Source: Chiloscyllium plagiosum (lineage: Eukaryota). Taken from it: a stretch of 20,000 bases of DNA. Below the pieces are notes generated by a model. The model searched no databases, was not told the DNA's origin, and was given only the letters and a program-made list of their open reading frames with translations. The stretch lies in contig NC_057750.1 of the NCBI RefSeq assembly GCF_004010195.1, positions 12,652,160 to 12,672,159 of the forward strand. Direction: 5' to 3'. Of this stretch, positions 1 through 10,554 are shown one piece after another; position 1 is the stretch's first letter; every line of letters begins with the position of its first letter. The position numbers and the translations under genes are program-made.

Positions 1-237
1 GTTATGTACCCTGGTTCTAGAATCATCAGTCAGAGGAAATATCCTATCTACATTCACCTGTGAGATCTTAGAAGAATTTTATAAGTTTAACTTCTCATTC
101 TTAGAAACTCTAGGAAATACTGTTCCTGTTTCCTCAATCTCTTCTCATAAAATAATCCCACTATTCTTGGAATTAATCTGGTGAATCTCCATTAGGCTCT
201 CATTATGGCAAGCATATCCTTCCTTTAGATTAGGAAA
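1..237 (-). mobile_element. Decayed CR1-type LINE, ORF2 C-terminal fragment; host of hairpin element E1
   Basis: Resembles the antisense CR1 3' region also seen at 17870-18105. It continues briefly after the E1 TSD (ttagattaggaaacca). Confidence 0.55.
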
Positions 238-449
238 GAGCTGAAAATGTGTTGCTGGAAAAGCGCAGCAGGTCAGGCAGCATCCAAGGAGCAGGAGAAT
301 CGACGTTTTGGGCATGAGTCCTTCTTCAGGAAAGGCTCATGCCCAAAACGTCGATTCTCCTGCTCCTTGGATGCTGCCTGACCTGCTGCGCTTTTCCAGC
401 AACACATTTTCAGCTCTGATCTCCAGCATCTGCAGTCCTCACTTTCTCG
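238..449 (+). mobile_element. E1: PLE-derived fold-back element with hammerhead remnant
   Basis: Perfect 82-bp inverted repeat (237-318 / 336-417). 3' tail tgatctccagcatctgcagtcctcactttctc. Perfect 14-bp TSD tttagattaggaaa at 224-237 and 450-463. Homologous to the PLE 3' end at 7760-7904. Confidence 0.9.
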
Positions 450-743
450 TTTAGATTAGGAAACCAAGGTAATAGATTTCTGGAGAGTAATTACACTAAA
501 GAATATGAAGATATAAGTGTGGGAAAGATCATCTATGATCTGGCAGGCTTGGTGGGTTTAAAGACTGTTATGACAAACACTGCTAATCTCGACCTTCTTA
601 CTTGTACATAGTGATGATCACCCAGTCAGCTGAATCAAACCTTCAGCATTCCAATAGCTTGTTTCATGAACACTATTGCGCTTGTGTGACTTTGGTTGCA
701 CTTTTTCCATTCACTATTGGTAGGACTACACACAGTTAAGGCC

Positions 744-1002
744 ATAGAGTGAAGCCCATCCAGTCTGCTTCATTATCCAATGAGATCATGGCTGATATGA
801 CAGACCCCAACTATACTTTGCTGCCTTTTCCCTGTAATTCCTGATTTCCTTGCAGTTTAATCATCTCCCTGTCTCGGCCTCGAATCTACTAAATGAACTA
901 GCCTCAACAGCCAGCTGTGGTAAAGAATTCCACAGGTTCACTACCCTCTGAGTCAAGAAATTCCAGCTTATCTCTGTGGTAAATGTGCTACCCCTTATTC
1001 GT
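744..1002 (-). mobile_element. CR1-type LINE 3' end
   Basis: Typical antisense CR1 3' region (gagatcatggctgat...aaagaattccacaggttcactaccctctgag). Confidence 0.7.
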
Positions 1003-1059
1003 AATTATCAGCATATGATAGCATCAGTAATGACCTTAGAGGGAAACCCTCATCTTCAA

Positions 1060-1270
1060 GGACATATAAGTATTTAATCAGTTTGGCAGAATGTGTGAAG
1101 AGAGAAATTGAGTTAATTTTTCAGGCTGATAACCTTTAATTAGAACTGGAAAAGGTTACAGATATGACAATAACTGCAGAGACAGTGAATTTTGAAGGGC
1201 AGATAGAACAAAGAAGGTCTGTGGTAGTCAGAAGGCAGGAGATGTTAAATGTCAAAAGGACTGGCAGTGC
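1060..1270 (-). mobile_element. Old PLE-type terminal repeat remnant with a highly decayed HHR
   Basis: Minus strand of 1111-1146 reads gttCTAATTA-a-aggttatcagcct-GAAA-aatt-aact, a decayed CUGANGA/stem II/GAAA layout. Confidence 0.4.
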
Positions 1271-3332
1271 AAGAAGATCTTGATCAGAGGTTTTAAAAAG
1301 TCTGAACATTGTGGACTATGGTGGGATTTGTGACAGGATTGGATGAGAAATCTGGCAAGGCCCATCTCAATGTAAAAGCAGTACCTTGCTCCATCTTTTC
1401 TGTTTTTCACAAATTATAGGGAGTTTCTCACTATGCAGCCACTGGTCGCCACTTCAGGGGATTATTGCTTGTTATATATCGTGCCCAATTAGCCTCATTG
1501 TTATCAGCTTTTTATCTTACCAAACTTGGCAAACAAGTTCAACATTGAGGAAGCTCAACATAGAACCCAGAGTGGAGACTTGGTGGATTCAGTTCCCTGC
1601 TTGTTCCAAAAGACTTCTTCATGGCATTTGATCAAAATGCAGCCCAAGGCATGATCCGTGGGCCCCAGCTGCATGCCTCCCTTGTGCACAGACATGGACA
1701 TCGGCCAACCACTCATGACCGTCATATCACTTCTCCGATACACTGGCAGGGCCCTCTGGACTTGCATTGCAGGGCACACTGACAACTAGCATTAGAAGGT
1801 TGCAGAAGGCAGACTCTGTGCACATTGACAGGCACTGACTCACGCGTCTCAGTTCTGCTTGTTTGCTTTCTTAGTTCTCCCTCACTTAGGGTCTTCGAAA
1901 TGCTCGCAGCCACCATGCCTTGTTCTACCTTGCCTTACCTTGTCATGTCAATTACAGCAGTCACACTGCCAGTCAGCTTGCCTTGCTGTTTGGTCAAGTC
2001 AATACATTTTGTTGTACAACAGTGTGATAAGTGAATCTCACACCTGCATTAAGTGCCAGTAGAGTATATGGTAAACATATCCCTCTGCAGTAAGCAAGAA
2101 GTCATGTCTCAGTTTTAGGGGTGCAGTCCTTACCAAAATCCATGCAGGGACCTGTCATTCGAGGAGGGTCAGTCAAGGAGGGTCTCCCGTACCAACCAGG
2201 GTTTTGGCCAGTCAGGTGCCTGGTCAGGGTATTCTTGGTCCAGTAGTCCATACCTCTGCTGTCCAGGGAGTCAGTCACGGTTAGTATCATGGCTCCATAG
2301 CTGCTAGTCAAGGGGCTATTCCTAATGTGATTGAGAAATGTACAGCCATCAGTCAGGAGTCTGGGAACTTCTTGTCTGGGGCTGTCCAATTGGATCGTTC
2401 AGGGTGTGTTGGCTTCATCCACAGAAACAAAGGCATTTGGGAGATGGGGTTGCAAAAGTAGCCATTGTTGCACAAATGTGACTTAGCATGGTGGTCTTCA
2501 CAAATTGGGGGTTACAGACTGGGTGAAAGAGGGATGACACCTGGGAATGGGTGCAACAGTACCTGCAAGGGAGGGGAATATAATAAAGTATGGATGGGAA
2601 TGGGGTCGTGCAGGAGATGAGGTTAATCCACAGTCAGGAACACCTCATTTCAGGGGATGGTGGTAGGGGACTGTGAATGACAACACCTGTCATGGTTACC
2701 TGAGGAATTGGGTGGGAAAGGTTGGTACTTGTAGGTGCATGTATATGGATTGGATGGGGACCTGGGGAGATGGAAAACCAATGGGGTTTAAGCTACTGTC
2801 TGAGGAGCACACATTGTCGCTTTCCATCCTGATGCAAACTGAAATTGAGTAATGGGGAAGAAAATGGCTGCAACCACACTCGGGGTGGGTGGGGTAAGTG
2901 ACTCTACCTGTGAAAAGTTGTTGCAGGCAATAGTTGGAGTAGCAGAGCATGAGCCTTGATGGGGTGTGGATGCAGTAGTCGAGGTACAGAGAGTGTGAGG
3001 TGGCAAAGAGAAGTTCCAAAATAATCTTTGTATTTTCAAGACTACTAACTTAATTTTATGTTTTGTTTAGCTGTGTTTGAGTTGCATTAAATATTTTGGA
3101 GGGATTTCTGATGTGATATCTCATGTGATTTCTCACCATATCGGACCAAACTCACCTCATTAACTATGTAGCTCAGCCCTACAGTCTCTCATGCCACATT
3201 CCAAGCTCGTCTTACCACACACCGTTCCTGAAACAATTTGACACTTGTAGGAATCCCAGAACTCAGGCATCCGTTTTGAGGTGTCATCTTGAAAAGCCTG
3301 TTGCCTACCTGCACTAGCACCATCAGTCCAGA

Positions 3333-3420
3333 GTTTTTTTTTCAAGTTGCTCATTAATGGGACATGAGCAATGCTGACTAGGCTAGCATTTACTACTGGT
3401 CCTGAACTGCTCCTTGAGAA
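3333..3420 (-). mobile_element. 3' tip of CR1/L2-group LINE (family A)
   Basis: T-run followed by ...gctagcattt...ccttgagaag, matching the 3' end at 5073-5155. Confidence 0.55.
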
Positions 3421-3469
3421 GCTGCCCTACCGAGTTCCTGACATTTGCAATGTTAATGGCAGATGGGGG

Positions 3470-3670
3470 ATGTCATCACCCAACCTAGCAGACGGGGCAT
3501 TGGAGGTTCTCCTCGACAGAGTGTTGGAGAGATGGGGCGTCTTGCTTCCTCAGGAACAGCAGTGAAGGTGACAAGACTAGACCATGCCAGCCTGATCCAG
3601 TGTACTCATTCCACTTAAAGCACTCCCAGCTCTATCTGAAGGAATCCTGAGGAACATATTAAGAAAGTGG
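3470..3670 (+). pseudogene. Decayed Myb/SANT-like DNA-binding domain, Harbinger accessory gene type
   Basis: SSPNLADGALEVLLDRVLERWGVLLPQEQQ*R fits the P-x-F-x-D-xx-LEVLL-xx-V-xx-R-xx-L pattern of MSANTD/NAIF1-like domains. Several stops. Confidence 0.55.
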
Positions 3671-3671
3671 T

Positions 3672-3784
3672 CAGAACAGATTTACAACAATGTTGCCAGC
3701 CTATAGGGAGAGGCTGAAAAGGTTGCGGCTATTTTCCCTGGATTGTCGGAGGCTGAGGAGTGACCTTATAGAGGTTTATAAAAT
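3672..3784 (+). mobile_element. CR1 LINE ORF2 C-terminal fragment
   Basis: QNRFTTMLPAYRERLKRLRLFSLDCRRLRSDLIEVYKI, a typical CR1 C-terminal motif. Confidence 0.8.
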
Positions 3785-5072
3785 CTGCCCAGTCTGTTTA
3801 TATTAATAAAGGCTTCTTGGGGGGGGCTACTTCCATAATATTGTGAAGAATGTACTTATTTTATACCCTTATTTAATCTCTCCATGGCTCCTGATGTCTG
3901 CCAAAAGTGAAGGGTGTAACGGCAAAGAAAGTTGGTGGACAGACACGGGGGTTGGCATGAATTGGAAGTAAGTTGAAATAGAGACAAGGAGGAAACATGG
4001 GTAATGGGTGAAGAGATGATGGGCTATGAGGGGTGAGGGTGAGAGGACCTAAATATCAGAGGGATGGCCCATTAAACACTGCCTTGACATCCACCATTCC
4101 CTCTGGCCATGTCTGATCTGTATGGGCGATGGTTGGTCGCTATCCATTACCCATATTCCCAGAATTAAGATCAAGACTAAAAGGGCATTTTTTTTCTCAA
4201 AAGATATATTAAAAGCCACTAAATTTCTTGACTCACATTACCCACCTCGGGCACAAAAATCCAGTCAATGACTTTATTGCCGCCCATTTTATACTTGTTA
4301 TCTTAACATTGGTTTATTATTACTGAATAGATATTCCATAATCAACACCTGTTCGAATCTGGAATCTATACTTTCCCACTGTACTTTATTTCTTACATAT
4401 AGCTAAACTTTTATTTTTATCTGTTCCACAGCTGCATTACCAAAGAATGATAGCATCAAGCAAGTCAAACATTTGAACCACATGGTCTCAAGGTGAATGG
4501 GTGACTAGTAACTGCAGTTCTAATAGAACAAATGTCTGCGGATTTAAGATAATATTGAGTAAAGCAGGATTCTTAATTTTTAAAAAATAAATATTAAATG
4601 TTTTGAAGACTGTTTCTGGAAGACTCAGCTCCTTTTTACTTCCTGTAAATTCCTGTGATTGTTTTGTGAGACTTAGTCGTAATTCTATCCCTTAATTATT
4701 ATTTCATCGATCAGCTCTTCTCATTGTTAATCCTAAACAAAAACTTGTGATTTGCATAATATTCCAATATTGGGATTTTATCCTCAAAATGCTGTTAATT
4801 CTTTATTAAAGTTTTATCGATCATCCTTGGTTTTGCGAATTTAATTCATGTATCCCCTACACCCCATTTCAGCTTTCCCTCTTCCTCTATTGAAAAGTCT
4901 CCGCCAAGCTTGGTCTCCTCAGTCTGGGCAGTCACTCATATTTTATCCAAATAACCATTTCTTATGTGTCAACACAGGGAGTACCTTGATTGAATTTGAG
5001 GCATTGCAGTTAGGCTAAACCTGTCCTCATCCAGTGGGTATTTGCATATATTTTGAAGCTGGTGTTACAAGA

Positions 5073-5520
5073 TTTTTTTGTGTTCAGTTTTCAGACATGG
5101 ACATCACTAGCTAGCCAGCAATTTTACTGCCTGACCCCATTTGGCCTTGAGAAGGTGGTGGTGAGTTGCCAACATGAACTGCTGAAATCCACATTCTATA
5201 GATTAACTCTCATTGCCCTTAGAGGAGGAATTCTAGAATTTTGACCCAGCAACGGTGAAGGAATGGTGCCATTTTTCCAAGTCAGGATGGTGAGTGGCTT
5301 GGAGGAGAACTTGCAGTTGGTAGTATTTCCATGTGTCTGATGCCTTTGTCCTTCTAGATGGAAGTGGTCATGGGTTTGGAAGGTGCTGTCTAAGAACCTT
5401 TGGTAAATTTGTGCAGTGCATCTTGTAGATGGTGCACTCTTCTGCTACTGAGTGTTGGTGCTGGGGGAATGTGGTGCCAATCAAGTGGGCTGCATTGTCC
5501 TTGATGGTGTCAAACTTCCT
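5073..5520 (-). mobile_element. CR1/L2-group LINE family A, 3' part
   Basis: Minus-strand RKFDTIKDNAAHLIGT...HSVAEECTIYKMHCTNLPKVLRQHLPNP, then 3' UTR and A tail. Continues at 6535-7311. Confidence 0.8.
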
Positions 5521-5852
5521 TACCCAACCAGGTAATTGGGGAGTAGTCAACTGCTCTTCCCAAGACTGCAAAAAATTAGAGAGTTGTGAACACAGTCCAG
5601 TCCATCACGAAAACCAGCCTTCCTTCCATTGACTCCATGAGAACTTCCCACTGCCTGGAAAAGCAGCCAGCACAGTTAAAGATCCCTCCCACCCTAGTTC
5701 CATCTCTTGCACCCTCTTCCATCAGGCAGAAGATACAAGTGTTTGAAAACATGTACCAACAGATTCAAGAACAGCTGCTTTCTTGCTGTTTTCAGACTTA
5801 TGAATGGATCTCTCATATATTAAAGTTGTTCCTTCTCTGCACCTTCCTCTGT

Positions 5853-6390
5853 TCGTGAGTTTTGAGATGATCTCAGGTTGAGGTTCTGGATGTAAGTTTG
5901 CTTGCTGAACTGGAAGGTTCATTTTCAGATGTTTTGTCACCATACTGGTAACATTATCATTGAGCCTTCGGTGAAGCACTGGTGTTAGTGACCTGCTTTC
6001 TATTTACAGAGGAACTTTGATCATCCGAACGAGATGGGCAGGCAGTATCTCATTCAGATAATTGATTACTCGGATAACTGATTCAATGCCTCTCTTCTGG
6101 GACTCAGAGTTTTCTGAAGTTTCATTTTTCCTCGCTCTGCCTGCCTTGCCTCCTCTCTCTGTGTCAGGGTTTGTTTCTGAGCAGACGCACACTTGTGTGT
6201 AAGAGACCTGCAGCATTGCTGAAACCTCTCCCCACTGCTGCTTCACTTCAATGGGATTGACAGAGTGAGCACTTGCTATGTCCACTGCCCATTCAGGAGA
6301 TGAGGCAACAGCACACCATATAATTGATATTTGAATAATCAAGGTTCCTGTGTATGTATTTAGGTTTCCTTGGGTTGGTGATGTCAGTTT
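5853..6390 (-). mobile_element. PLE terminal repeat (second family) with decayed HHR, split by a MITE
   Basis: Minus strand of 5926-5962: ca-ATGATAA-t-GTTACC-agtat-GGTGAC-AAAA-catc-tg (stem II intact, core mutated). Resumes after the TA at 6353-6354. Confidence 0.6.
6007..6352. mobile_element. Tc1/mariner (Tigger-like) MITE
   Basis: TA on both sides (6005-6006, 6353-6354). 24-bp TIRs cagaggaactttgatcatccgaac / cacaggaaccttgattattcaaat (18/24). Internal TIR-like motifs ttcagataattga and ctcggataactga. Confidence 0.8.
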
Positions 6391-6534
6391 TTGTGTTTGT
6401 AGCTGTAACACTACTGTAACACATTTTGTTCTATTACCCTGATATACTTACATAAGGTATGGTTTGTCTGGATAGCACGCAAAATAGTTCTGTGTCTCAG
6501 CACATGTGACAATAATAAATCAAATCACACCAAA

Positions 6535-7311
6535 CCACACTTGTTCCTTCTCAATGGTGGATAGGCTTTGGGACTCAGGAGATGAGCTATTTGCAGCACT
6601 ACTTCTAGCCTCTGACCTGCTCTTATAGCTACTGTGTTTATGTAATAAGTCTAGTTGAGTTTCTAGTCAATGGTAACTCCAAGGATGTTGATAGTCGGGA
6701 ATTTAGTGATGATAACACAATTGAATGTCAAGGGACAATGATTAGATTGACTCGTATTGGTGATGTTCATACTCTAGCATTTGTGTGGCACAAATGTCAC
6801 TTGCCACTTATAACTCAAGCCTGGATATTGTTCAGATATTGTTGCATTTGAACATGAACCGATTCACTATTTGGAGGATTGCAAATGGTGTTGAACATTG
6901 TGCAATTATCAGTGAACAACCTTACACTGATTTTCTGATAGAAGGAAGGACATGGATGAAGCAGCTGAAGATGGTTGGGACTAAGATACTACCCTGGAAT
7001 TCTTGCAGAGGTGTCCTGGAGCTGAGATGATTGACCTTCGACAACCATAATCATCGTCCTACATGCTAGATATGATTCTAACCAGAAGAGAGTTTGCTCC
7101 CTAATACCCATTAATTCCAGTTTTGCCACAGCTCCTTGATGCCATACTCGGTTGAATGGCCGTGATTTCAAGGGCTGTCACTCTCACCTCACCTCTGAAA
7201 TTTAGCACTTTTGTCCATGTTTGAACCAAAGCTCTAAATGAAGTCAGGAGCTGAGTGTTCCTGGCGGAACCCAAATTTGGCGTCACTGAGCAAGTTATTG
7301 CTGAGCAGTTG
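6535..7311 (-). pseudogene. LINE family A reverse transcriptase domain, decayed; upstream continuation at 9345-9375
   Basis: QLLSNNLLSDAKFGFRQEHSAPDFI...FNRVWHQGAVAKLELMGIREQTLFWLESYL. Joins VVIYNSAVKQ across the PLE insertion. Confidence 0.85.
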
Positions 7312-7406
7312 AAATGGCTGGTAATGAGAAGGTGGTGTTGATTGGACTCTATAGAGTGCCGATGCTCTGCGAACCAGTGCCCGAGTCTGTGCTTGGTCTC
7401 TCCAAT
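7312..7406 (-). pseudogene. PLE GIY-YIG endonuclease fragment
   Basis: IGETKHRLGHWFAEHRHSIESNQHHLLITSHFN matches the (Y)IGET..RL..RF.EH...HFN motif. Confidence 0.85.
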
Positions 7407-7904
7407 TGGCCAGAGAGGGGGGGTGAGGTCCTTGGCCTTCTCCATCGCCAGACCCTGACCACACGACGCCTGGAGGAAGAGTGCCTCATCTTCTGCCTAG
7501 GAACCCTCCAACCACACAGGATGAATGTAGATTTCTCCAGCTTCCTCATTTCCCCTCCCCCCACCTTATCTCTGTACGAACCCCCGGATTCAGCACCACC
7601 CTCTTCACCTGCAATCTTCTTCCCAACCTCTCCGCCCCCAACCCGTCTCTGGCCTATCACCCTCATCCTCACCTCCTTCCACCTATTATATTCCCAGCAC
7701 CCCTCCCCCAAATCCCCTCCTCCCTACCTTTATCTCAGCCCGCCTGGCACACCAGCCTCATTCCTGAAGAAGGGCTTATGCCCGAAACGTCGATGCCCGA
7801 AACGTCGATTCTCCTGCTCCTCAGATGCTGCCTGGCCTGCTGTGTTTTTCTAGCATCATATTTTTCAACTCTGGTCTCCAGCATCTGCAGTCCTCACTTT
7901 CTCC
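7407..7904 (+). mobile_element. Younger PLE 3' fragment nested in the inverted segment
   Basis: EVLGLLHRQTLTTRRLEEECLIFCLGTLQPHRMNVDFSSF (GIY-YIG C-terminus), C-rich UTR, HHR, and terminus ...gtcctcactttctcc. Confidence 0.85.
7760..7810 (+). ncRNA. Minimal type I hammerhead ribozyme, catalytic core intact
   Basis: CUGAAGA 7764-7770, extra A, stem II GGGC-uuau-GCCC 7772-7783, GAAA 7784-7787, palindromic ACGU and GUC triplet. 15-bp tandem duplication at 7778-7807. Confidence 0.8.
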
Positions 7905-8830
7905 AGGTAAGAAGAAGTGCAAGCAAATTTTGGAATGATTATTTGGGACCTTAGATAGAGGTGAGAGGGGAGGTTTAGGAACAGGTGTTGCACTTCCTTC
8001 AGTTGCAAGGAAAGGTGCCAGGTGTGGAGGAGAGTTGGTGGGGAATGTGGAACGAATGAGGGAGTTGTGGAGTTAACAGTCCCTACTGAAAGCAGATGGG
8101 ATAGGGAAGGGAATATCGGTGGTGAGGTCTGACTACAGGTGGTGAAAATAGCGGAGCATGATACATTGAATTTGGAGACTGGTGAGATGGTATGTGAGGA
8201 CCAGGGGTACTCTATCCTTATTGTGGTTGGGGGGAGGGGGTTTGAGGGCAGAGGGGAGTGAAATGGAGGAGATGTAGTTGAGGACATTATGATTCATGGA
8301 AGAGGGGAAGTTACGGTCCTTGAAATAGGAGGACATCTGGGATGTCCTGGAATGGAATCCCTCATCCTGGGACCAGATGCGGTGGAGGCAGAGGAATTGG
8401 GAGTAATGGATCACGTTTTTTCAGTGGGGCAGGTGAGAGGTGTAGTAGTCAAGGTAGCTGTAGTGTCAGTGGGTTTAAAATGGATATTGGTGCTATGTCT
8501 ATTATGGGAGATGGAGACAGAGAGGTCCAGGAAGGGGAGGGAGCTGTCAGAGATGGTCAGGATGAATTTGAGGTCCGAGTGGAAGATGTGGTTAAACTTA
8601 AAGAACAGTTCAAACTCCTCTTGGGAGCACGAGGTATTGCTCAAACAGTCATCAATGTAGTGGTGGTAAAGGTGAGGGCTGGTACCGGTGTAGTTGCGGA
8701 AGAGGAACTGTTCCACGTAACCTACAAAGGGGCAGGCATAGCTCGGACCCATGCAGGTATCCGTGGCCATCCCTTTGGTTTGTAGGAAGCGGGGGAAGTC
8801 AAGGGAAAAATTGTTGAGGGTAAGGACCAG
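7905..8830 (-). pseudogene. PLE (probably Neptune-like) reverse transcriptase, thumb and linker; frameshifted
   Basis: LVLTLNNF...QTKGMATDTCMGPSYACPFVGYVEQ...YIDD (8648-8659)...LPFLDLSV...NKDRVPLVLTYH...FACTSSYL. Confidence 0.9.
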
Positions 8831-9199
8831 CCTTCCACTCCCCTGGTAACACGTCCACCCTGGGCCTCCTCCACTGTCAAAATGAGGCCACATGCAAACT
8901 AGAAGACGAACACCTGAATACCGCCTCAGGAGCTTGCAGCCCAATGACCTCAATTTGGGTACACCAGCTTCAAAGTCTCCTCACTCCCAACCTCATCCCA
9001 TTTCCAGCCCTCCCTCTCCTCTCTGCCTCCTTGACCTGACCTAACCTGTCCATCTTCCTTCTCACCTATCCACTCCACCCTTCTCACTGTCCGATCACAA
9101 TAAGCCCCTACCTGCTTCCACCTATCATCATCCGTCCTGCCTTTCCCTCAGCCCCACCCATCTTCTTCTATTTATTTCTGAGCTCCCTTCCCCTCCCAG

Positions 9200-9232
9200 C
9201 CCAAATGAAGAGTCCTGACTTGAAACATCAAC
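9200..9232 (+). ncRNA. Decayed HHR of the outer PLE
   Basis: CAAAUGA-a-GAGUC-cu-GACUU-GAAA-cauc, at the same position relative to the terminus as the 7764 HHR. Confidence 0.6.
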
Positions 9233-9720
9233 TTTCTTGCTTCTCTGATGCTGTTCAACCTGCTGTGCCTTTCCAGCTAACATTTTATCGACTCTGACTT
9301 CCAGCATCTGCAGTCCTTACTATCTCTGAATTGCTGAGCAGTTGCTGCTTGACAGCACTATTGTAGATAACCACCAATTCTACTTATTTCTGCTTTGACA
9401 CTTTCCTTCCCAGGTAATCTTAATGCACTTCTTCCACTCTGGCTAAGCACAGATCAATGATTGACCTTGACATCATCTGGTAAGCTTAGGTAAACTGTTC
9501 ATACGTACAGAGAGTCAGGTTTCACAGTAAGATATTGCATTAAATTTTGATATACTAATGTGCTGGGTGAGAATGTGAGGAGTGTAAGACTTGGAAGTAC
9601 AATTCCCTATAGTTGGCCACTTAACCTAAACATGTATACCATATTTCCATGTGATGGCATTGAAAATATGATGTTTTTATGTATTCTGTATTTGTGAGTA
9701 GGACACAATAGAATTACAGA

Positions 9721-10260
9721 ATGAGTGCACAGGTTAAAAGGCTACGCCTCATTTTAGTGAGATCTTCCTGTATGTAATGCTAGGTACTGTAAGGCCCTAT
9801 GAGAAGATACTATTCTCCACTGACAGGATGAAAAAAATCTGCCCCTGAATAGTATGGCCTAAGGTAGTAGAGGATGTCAGCAACAGGAATACTGTACTTG
9901 TTGATTCAGTGCAGAACAGGAAAGGTGCCACATTCACCTGTATCTTGTGGTGTTTATCAGTCAAATCCCTCCTGCTCAAGACTACTCCAGAACAGCATTC
10001 CTCAAACCAACCTGGATTGCAGAGCGTCTATCCATTGCTAACACTCTGAATGAAAATACATGCCTCTCCATCATTGACATTCTCAACAAATACTGTCCAT
10101 CTCTCTATTGTCATTGATAAGTGTTGTTTCACTCCTTGCGGAGAAAGGAGTGCAGAACGGGAGGTGGCCCAGCACCTATCTGGAATTCCCAGCTGCAGAG
10201 GTGAATCTGCTGGACATCAGTTATGTATCGGCACACTTGGTTATCAGAGATAGAGGTTTC
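9721..10260 (+). pseudogene. Decayed Harbinger-type Myb/SANT gene (two exon-like blocks)
   Basis: 9738-9926 reads KATPHFSEIFLYVMLGTVRPYEKILFSTDRMKKICP*IVWPKVVEDVSNRNTVLVDSVQNRK. ~10139-10220 reads RRKECRTGGGPAP/LEFPAAEVNLLDIS, with the TGGG motif of NAIF1/MSANTD-like proteins. Confidence 0.65.
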
Positions 10261-10494
10261 CCAGATGACAGAAGTAAGTATCAGACAGCTAGATGGCATA
10301 AATGTTCACTTGATGTCAGTTATGAGTAAAATATAACCATGTGAATAATGATTGCCTGAAGTATTCTTCCCATCACAGTCCTAATTCATGACTTTAATTT
10401 CTCAAGAGGCCATCAAGAGCTAATGTAAATGGTGGATGACACTTCTCAGAGGGGTTTACTCACTTAATTTACAGGATTCACACAGATGATGTAG

Positions 10495-10554
10495 CTCCTC
10501 CTCCTCGTTGTCCTCGTCGTCCTCATCCTCCTCATCCTCCTCATCCTCCTTCTC
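10495..10554 (-). repeat. Imperfect (GAG/GAT/GAC) trinucleotide tract
   Basis: Minus strand reads EKEDEEDEEDEDDEDNEEEE. Confidence 0.85.

Larger units (their letters stand above)
5530..6528 (+). mobile_element. Rex1/Babar-type LINE 3' fragment, interrupted at ~5853-6396
   Basis: QDCKKL..VVNTVQSITKTSLPSIDS...PSGRRYKCLKTCTNRFKNS (frameshifted). The 3' UTR resumes at ~6397 and ends in aataataaatcaaatca. Confidence 0.75.
7312..9329 (+). mobile_element. Composite Penelope-like element insertion with 5' inversion
   Basis: Perfect 15-bp TSD attgctgagcagttg at 7297-7311 and 9330-9344. Inverted part 7312-8830, direct part 8831-9329 ending ccagcatctgcagtccttactatctc. Confidence 0.9.

Noticed and set aside
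3780..4266. aaaatctgccc / aaaatccagtc as Harbinger TIR ends
   Set aside because: No convincing partner TIR or TSD could be paired by eye.
6004..6411. 135-aa minus-strand ORF
   Set aside because: Spans a MITE and its host repeats, with no domain motif.
7314..7954. 179-aa and 157-aa ORFs as novel genes
   Set aside because: Chimeric read-through across an inversion junction, GIY-YIG tail, C-rich UTR and HHR.
8289..8785. Plus-strand ORFs of 123 and 147 aa
   Set aside because: Antisense shadows of the PLE RT.
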